Below are positions 58,746-64,000 of a stretch of 64,000 nt of DNA, one piece after another. A program made the translations under genes and the position numbers. Source of the DNA: Mayamaea pseudoterrestris (taxonomy: Eukaryota); assembly GCA_027923505.1 (NCBI GenBank), contig BROI01000002.1, forward strand, positions 620,001-684,000. Reading direction: 5' to 3'. The notes under the pieces are model-generated. The model did no database searches, had not been told where the DNA came from, and saw nothing but the letters and a program-made list of their open reading frames with translations. Position 1 is the stretch's first letter; every line of letters begins with the position of its first letter.

Positions 58746-61700
58746 CTAGACTGTCTTATGGGGTAAACGGAGACGAGTCAGTTGAACCAACTGCCGCAGT
58801 GCTGTCGGATTGATTTCCGTGGCGTGACAATTGGTGCTCATTTCGCTCGATCGTTTCATGAGTTCGTGTTGAATGGAAGAACTTTCGAAGACATAAGGGA
58901 ACATGCTTACACCAGGCGCCAACTTGTTAACAAGATCTACGCACTGAATTGCGCCACTGGCAGAGAACATTGGAGCTGCGATGAGAAGCATTTTGGCGTA
59001 TGCAATGATTTTGGCATCACCAGCGAGACTTGCTGGAGGAGACATTCCTTGGCTTGCTGAGTCACTCGCGGCAGCGCTAACAGTTGCTGCAATTGTAGCG
59101 GATATCGACTCGGGTGAGGCCATCACCACACGCGTTGTAAATGGCGAAATCTTTTCAACATTTAATCCTTCGCCCGCGACAACGAGATTGGCAAGGCGTC
59201 GACTCAGCGCAGCTGTCATTATCGTATCGCAGCACACGATAATGTGGAAAAGCGTGTACCTCTCTTCCAAGACAAGTCGAGCGAATTCAAGCACTAATTG
59301 TTTAGCATCTGTTTCATCATCCAAAGCCGAAAGTGAGTGCACAATGATGGCCTGCCGATTGGGCAGTTCAATGTCTACACCACATTTGTCAACAAGGGGC
59401 GAGTCGATCAATTCAATTGGTCGGCCCATTACTGGTAACCCTGGTAACGGGGTATTATTTTCCTGATCTTGATCGGTGGTCAACGCTTTCCAGCGTCCCG
59501 AGCCGAGTTCAGCTACTAAATCTGACCAAGTTTGAAGAAAGCTTTCTGAACAAAGAATTCGCATAGGCAAGGTACTTGCATCGCTCTGTTCGGTGGAAAC
59601 GGCGAGAAGGTCATCGGTGGCACTCACTGCCGCCCAGCTCGGCGCGAATGCTGCCGCCGGAAATTGTGACGCGGTTGCTGAAGGCGTTGTTCCACGCCAT
59701 CCTCTCGTGTCTATGAAAGTTGGAGTTTGTTTTGGAGCTTTTAATTGGTGTGGAGGTGGAGTGATATCTGGATTTGTTGGCTGATGCTGAAGTTGAGTCT
59801 GAGAATGATACATTCTTGCAGCCCTATTGTCGCCATTTTGCCCTTGCGCTAAAGGAGTTGGGCGTGGCCCTGGATTGGATCCAGATCCATGTTTGGACAC
59901 AGACACAACGCCCTTGTTGTGACATGCGGTTGCTGTAATGCTGCTCGAGTACATTTTTGGGCGATAGCCAACCGATGATTGGCCTACTACCTGTTTTTTC
60001 TGGGATTTGCGGTTCATTCTACCGAGAATCCGCTTTTTCAAAATCTCGGTCTCAGTATCGCGTGCGTCTTTCGTGGATGCTGGCTGCGGCGCAAAAGTGA
60101 CTGTCTCCTTCACGGGACACAGTTTTGGAGGATCGGCAGTGACGCCTAGCTGTACCTGAGATGTAATCGGTTTGTTTTCAGTTTTATCAAAGCAGGGTGG
60201 ATGCGACTCATCAACGCTGAGTTTGCTCTCCCGCTTTCGTTGCTCCTTGCGCTCCTTCTTTCGTGCCTTTTTGGCCTTCTTTGCTGCTCGCTTTTCAAGT
60301 TCACTTTGCGATTCTATCTCGAGAGTTGTATTCTGTTTACGAATCGTCCCACCCCCACTGGCGATTACAACCTCTGTGGAAAAGGTTACGTTTTTGTCCG
60401 ATTTGGTACTTGGTAATTTATACTGCTCTTCGGACTCTGACTGAACCACCATGTTTGAATTAAGTGCGAAGAGTCCTCCTTCGGCCTTTCGTTTGTTTGA
60501 CTCCCGAGGAGTCGAGGTTGACTCATTGAACGGATTTTCGTCTATGAAGCTATGCGTCGCGTCCATAAACTGATCCTGCGGCTGCGTCGACAACCAATCA
60601 CTGGGGTGCTGCTCATTGTTGAAACCTGTCGGCATTTGGTTCAAGTTGCCGAGATCAAAGAGTGGACGTGACGCTGTAGTTGCTTCACTCTGCTGCTGCT
60701 GCTGCTGCTGCTGTGCAATTATGGCGAGTGCGAGTTGAGCCGCGTACAGCATCATTTCTTGAGAAGGTAGCGGCTGTTTAGCAATTGTCGGTCGACTGAC
60801 TTGCTGCTCTTCTTGTGGCGGTGATGGCTGATATGGAACAATAGCCGTTTCCGAAAGTTGCCCGTGCTTCGTTGTCTTGGCGGTCCAATCATGACTGAAC
60901 ATTCGGCAGCCAAAGGTTCCACCGCAAGTAGTCCATGGCGTGTATATATCAAATTTTAGTTTCTTGGATGGCTGCTGGTAAGACATGATCTCCAACTCTG
61001 CTAAAGTGGCAAGTGATGGTGTCGTGGAAGCAAGCATTGGCAAGGCAAGGCGTGATTTGACTGGAGTGCTCCAAGGTAGTTTGGGTATGGTCGATTGTCG
61101 ACTCTGACGGCGCAGGCCCTCGTTCCACGGAACATTGGTGAGGCGACGGTGTTTGGTTGCGTGATAAAGCGAAAATAGAAGGCGTTGCAACGTTTCTTGC
61201 GAACAATAACGCGTATCAGTATCGGCAAACTCCGTTCCGGTGGAGGAATGCTTGCGTTTCATGGTGCCCTTCGGTATCATTGCCGCGACAGCTTGGTCCT
61301 TGACGAGCGGTTCTTGAGCAGTAGTTGCATTATTTGTACTAACCAGGGTAGTTTTCTCGCACATCATGCTTGTAGCGATGCTAGGCTTTTTTTCAAGTTC
61401 CCGTTCGGCGCTGGTCATTGTGTCATTGGGGCTGTCGTCGCTGGCTAACATTGTCACGTCAAAAGCCACACCCAAAGTCTGTCGACTCGACTCGTCGATG
61501 GCGCCTTGATCAAGCGTCTCGGCATTCTGGTACAGGAAAGGCTGCGAAATTAAACATGATGAGTTAACGACGTACAGATAATATCTGAGTCTCTTCACAA
61601 TTACATACCTCGGTCGTCGTCATGGTGCTCTCACGCGCATGCTTGTAACGATGCTCATCTACCTCGTCCTCGTCGTCACCAAATATATTTTCGTAACGAT

Positions 61701-61977
61701 CGTCATCATCATAATCATCCATTGCAAGATTGTCCTCCATATCATTATGTGCATCTGCATCATGCTGTTTCTGCTCCTCCGCCGCTTGCATTGCCGCTTG
61801 ACTGCTTGTCATTGGCGGAAGCACGAGAATTTCAAAGTCATCGTCGTCGTCGTCGTCATCATCGTCCACGCGAGGCAGAAGCACAATCAATGACTCGCCG
61901 CTAAGTTCGCGCTCCTCCCTCCATGTGAGAATCGCCTCGGCATGATAGTCAATGTCGAGAGCCTTGGGGCAAATCAT
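58746..61977 (-). CDS. Large low-complexity protein with a C-terminal XPF/ERCC4-like domain, possibly SHOC1/Zip2-like
   Basis: Acidic exon 61977-61609, intron 61608-61527 (an alternative in-frame acceptor lies 15 nt earlier), then a long ORF to 58746. The C-terminal ~270 aa is globular. The CDS is well supported; the family call is tentative. Confidence 0.55.
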
Positions 61978-62125
61978 GGCGGCTGCTGCTGCAAAGAATG
62001 CTTCTTGCTTTCTTTTCCGCCAGGGTGATACCAAATGCGATCTTGAAATCTGACATCGTACCGGTTCTCAAGTTCGGTCCATCGGTTCCCGCAACTTTTT
62101 TTCACCATGGTGCAAATTTGCGACA

Positions 62126-63631
62126 ATGCAAAGCACCAGATCGCTATTACATCTGCTTTTCCTTGCATTACTTATATCCTGTGATTGTTATGGTGTACTT
62201 GGATTCATTGTTTGTTCAAAATGGCTGGAATTTGGCATCAAATCATTGAATAATCACCGTCTTGCAGCTTCCTTTCAACCACTGGAGTCATCCACCGACT
62301 GGCCGCTAAAGTTTCCGGCCAAGGAGCATTGCTCCAAGTGCGGACTCTGCGAAACGAGCTTTATAAAACATGTAAAGGACGCTTGCGCGTTTCTCGAGCC
62401 ATCGCCAGCAACGAGTGGCAGTCGAATGGATGAGCTGGAATTCCAAGTTCATGGACGAGGCCGAAAGCTAAATGACATGGTTTGGAAGGATAGTAAAGAT
62501 GATAACAACAATCAGCTAGCTGAAGAGGCGAGGTTTGGTGTCATGCATGAACCCATGAAGCTCGCAAAAGGCCGAATCGAGGATGCGCAATGGACCGGGC
62601 TAGTGACTGGTATTGCTCTCGCAATGCTTGAAGCCAATCAAGTCGATGCCGTCGTTTGCATTGCAGCGTCAGACTCTAACTGGAACGAACCCGAACCAAT
62701 CATTGCCAAGACTAAAGAGGAAGTTCTCCGTGGGCGCGGTGTCAAGCCCGCACTGGCGCCGTCGTTGAAAGTATTGGACGAGGTGCAGGCTGATCCGACG
62801 ATTCGTCGCTTGCTCTTTTGCGGCGTTGGCTGCGCGGTGCAAGCCTTTCGCGCCGTACAGCATCGCGTAAAATTGGATCAAGTCTATGTGCTTGGAACAA
62901 ACTGCGCCGATAATAGTCCGACACCGGAAGCGGCGGATCGTTTTGTCAAGACGGCACTTGACATTGACCAAGGCGCACGCAAATACGAGTTTATGCAGGA
63001 CTTTCGCGTTCATGTCAAGACGGATAATACTTATCTTAAAAAGCCATATTTTTGCTTGCCAGGCACAGTGGCGGAAGCATCCATTGCCAAGTCTTGTCGA
63101 GCCTGCTTTGACTATACCAATGGGCTTGCCGACGTCGTGGTTGGCTACATGGGAGCGCCACTCGAAGCAGACCGGCGCATGGATCAGTCGCTGCAGACTC
63201 TAACAATTCGCAATGAGCGAGGCGCAACCATAGTGGAGACTGCCATTCAAGCAGGTTATGTAACAATAGACGGCTTGGCTATGGCAAGCGGATCGCACGA
63301 ATTATTGGCCATGGCGACAACGGAATCGGATGTCTTGGTGCAGGCCATGCTTGGCGGCAACGTTCCCGCATTTGGCATGCCACTTTGGCTTGGCGAGTTG
63401 CTTGCTTTAGTGGTGCAAAAGCTAGGTCCCAAGGGCGTCAGCTTTGCGCGATACAGCATTGATTATCATATACTGCGAAACTACTTGCATGTTGTCAACG
63501 AATGGGGCGAGGAACGTACTCGTCGGCTCATGCCCGACTTTAGCCGAGTCATTGTGGATCACTATATGGCCATGCCGAATCGGAAACTACAGAATTTGCG
63601 AAATCAAATTGTAAACAGAAAGATTATGTAA
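62126..63631 (+). CDS. HCAR: 7-hydroxymethyl chlorophyll a reductase-like protein (FrhB family, FAD/Fe-S; HCAR/BciB group) with signal peptide
   Basis: Motifs PAKEHCSKCGLC, AQWTGLVT, RGVKPALAP, LLFCGVGC, LGTNCADN, YEFMQD, SCRACFDYTNGLADVVVGYMG and FARYSIDYH. Hydrophobic N-terminal signal. Confidence 0.85.
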   Translation: MQSTRSLLHLLFLALLISCDCYGVLGFIVCSKWLEFGIKSLNNHRLAASFQPLESSTDWPLKFPAKEHCSKCGLCETSFIKHVKDACAFLEPSPATSGSRMDELEFQVHGRGRKLNDMVWKDSKDDNNNQLAEEARFGVMHEPMKLAKGRIEDAQWTGLVTGIALAMLEANQVDAVVCIAASDSNWNEPEPIIAKTKEEVLRGRGVKPALAPSLKVLDEVQADPTIRRLLFCGVGCAVQAFRAVQHRVKLDQVYVLGTNCADNSPTPEAADRFVKTALDIDQGARKYEFMQDFRVHVKTDNTYLKKPYFCLPGTVAEASIAKSCRACFDYTNGLADVVVGYMGAPLEADRRMDQSLQTLTIRNERGATIVETAIQAGYVTIDGLAMASGSHELLAMATTESDVLVQAMLGGNVPAFGMPLWLGELLALVVQKLGPKGVSFARYSIDYHILRNYLHVVNEWGEERTRRLMPDFSRVIVDHYMAMPNRKLQNLRNQIVNRKIM

Positions 63632-63664
63632 CTTAGCACAGACTACGGCACTTTACGTAATCGT

Positions 63665-64000
63665 TTAGTTAGCGGCCACCTCCAAGTTTTGGTACATGTT
63701 CGCTGCAGCGCGAATGGGTATTGTATGAAGCATCAAATCGTCACTATCTAGCCAGCCTGTTAATTCCAGGGCGCGATATACCTCTTGGAAGACGTCAACA
63801 GGCGTTGCTGCAAAGCGAGGCTGCGGAAAACCATGAAGCGACGCCAGGAGAACTAGAAACTTACCCGAGACGAAGCTCAACACTGATTTGATAAAATCGG
63901 TGTCCTTTCCCAGAATTGAAGTCCAATAGAAAAGAATATTCAATAAAACTTTCTTGACTCGATGCATTTGACCCACCGTCGCGTCAGTAAACGCACTTAG
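63665..64000 (-). CDS. 3' end of an unidentified gene running off the window
   Basis: The frame is open from 64000 to the stop at 63665 and converges on the HCAR-like gene. No motif recognised. Confidence 0.55.
   Translation of the reverse strand, partial: LSAFTDATVGQMHRVKKVLLNILFYWTSILGKDTDFIKSVLSFVSGKFLVLLASLHGFPQPRFAATPVDVFQEVYRALELTGWLDSDDLMLHTIPIRAAANMYQNLEVAAN

Noticed and set aside
35748..60713. CTG/GCT triplet runs (~35748, ~38055, ~60689)
   Set aside because: Ordinary coding microsatellites giving poly-Ser, poly-Ala and poly-Gln tracts.
21098..63459. Numerous short antisense or alternate-frame ORFs overlapping the main genes
   Set aside because: No motifs. They are expected shadows of long coding sequences at this GC content.
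20853..64000. Functional gene cluster or operon-like system
   Set aside because: The genes have unrelated functions and mostly alternate in orientation, as is normal for a compact algal genome.

Overview
Eukaryotic nuclear DNA, most likely a diatom or related photosynthetic stramenopile. This is inferred from short 76-209 nt GT-AG introns, compact genes, signal-peptide-type plastid presequences and a FEA1/ISIP2A-family gene. The window has two sharply separated halves. (1) 1-~20.1 kb is non-coding tandem satellite DNA of three families. Sat-I is about 50 copies of a 347-bp unit, itself a diverged 171+176-bp dimer. Sat-II (~183 bp) and Sat-III (~181 bp) form short arrays at the edge. Each Sat-I half-unit carries a perfect 27-29-bp palindrome, and the two palindromes differ by three fully compensated base pairs. 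The array also shows CpG decay, nascent higher-order duplications and breakpoints at the palindromes. It is a candidate centromeric, pericentromeric or subtelomeric domain. The short ORFs there are artefacts of the repeat. (2) ~20.8-64 kb is gene-dense with 15 protein genes. In order: MST/Hippo-like kinase with a SARAH-like coil; six-domain membrane-anchored FEA1/ISIP2A-family protein; RPL37 (missed by the ORF track); organellar ThrRS; DNAJC11-like protein; EFG1; glycerol kinase; ~3500-aa DOCK-family protein; TDP1; IQ-motif protein; two-pore K+ channel; SAP + dienelactone-hydrolase fusion; possible SHOC1/Zip2-like protein; HCAR-like FrhB reductase; and a gene truncated by the window edge. All family assignments come from motif recognition by eye; no database searches were run.
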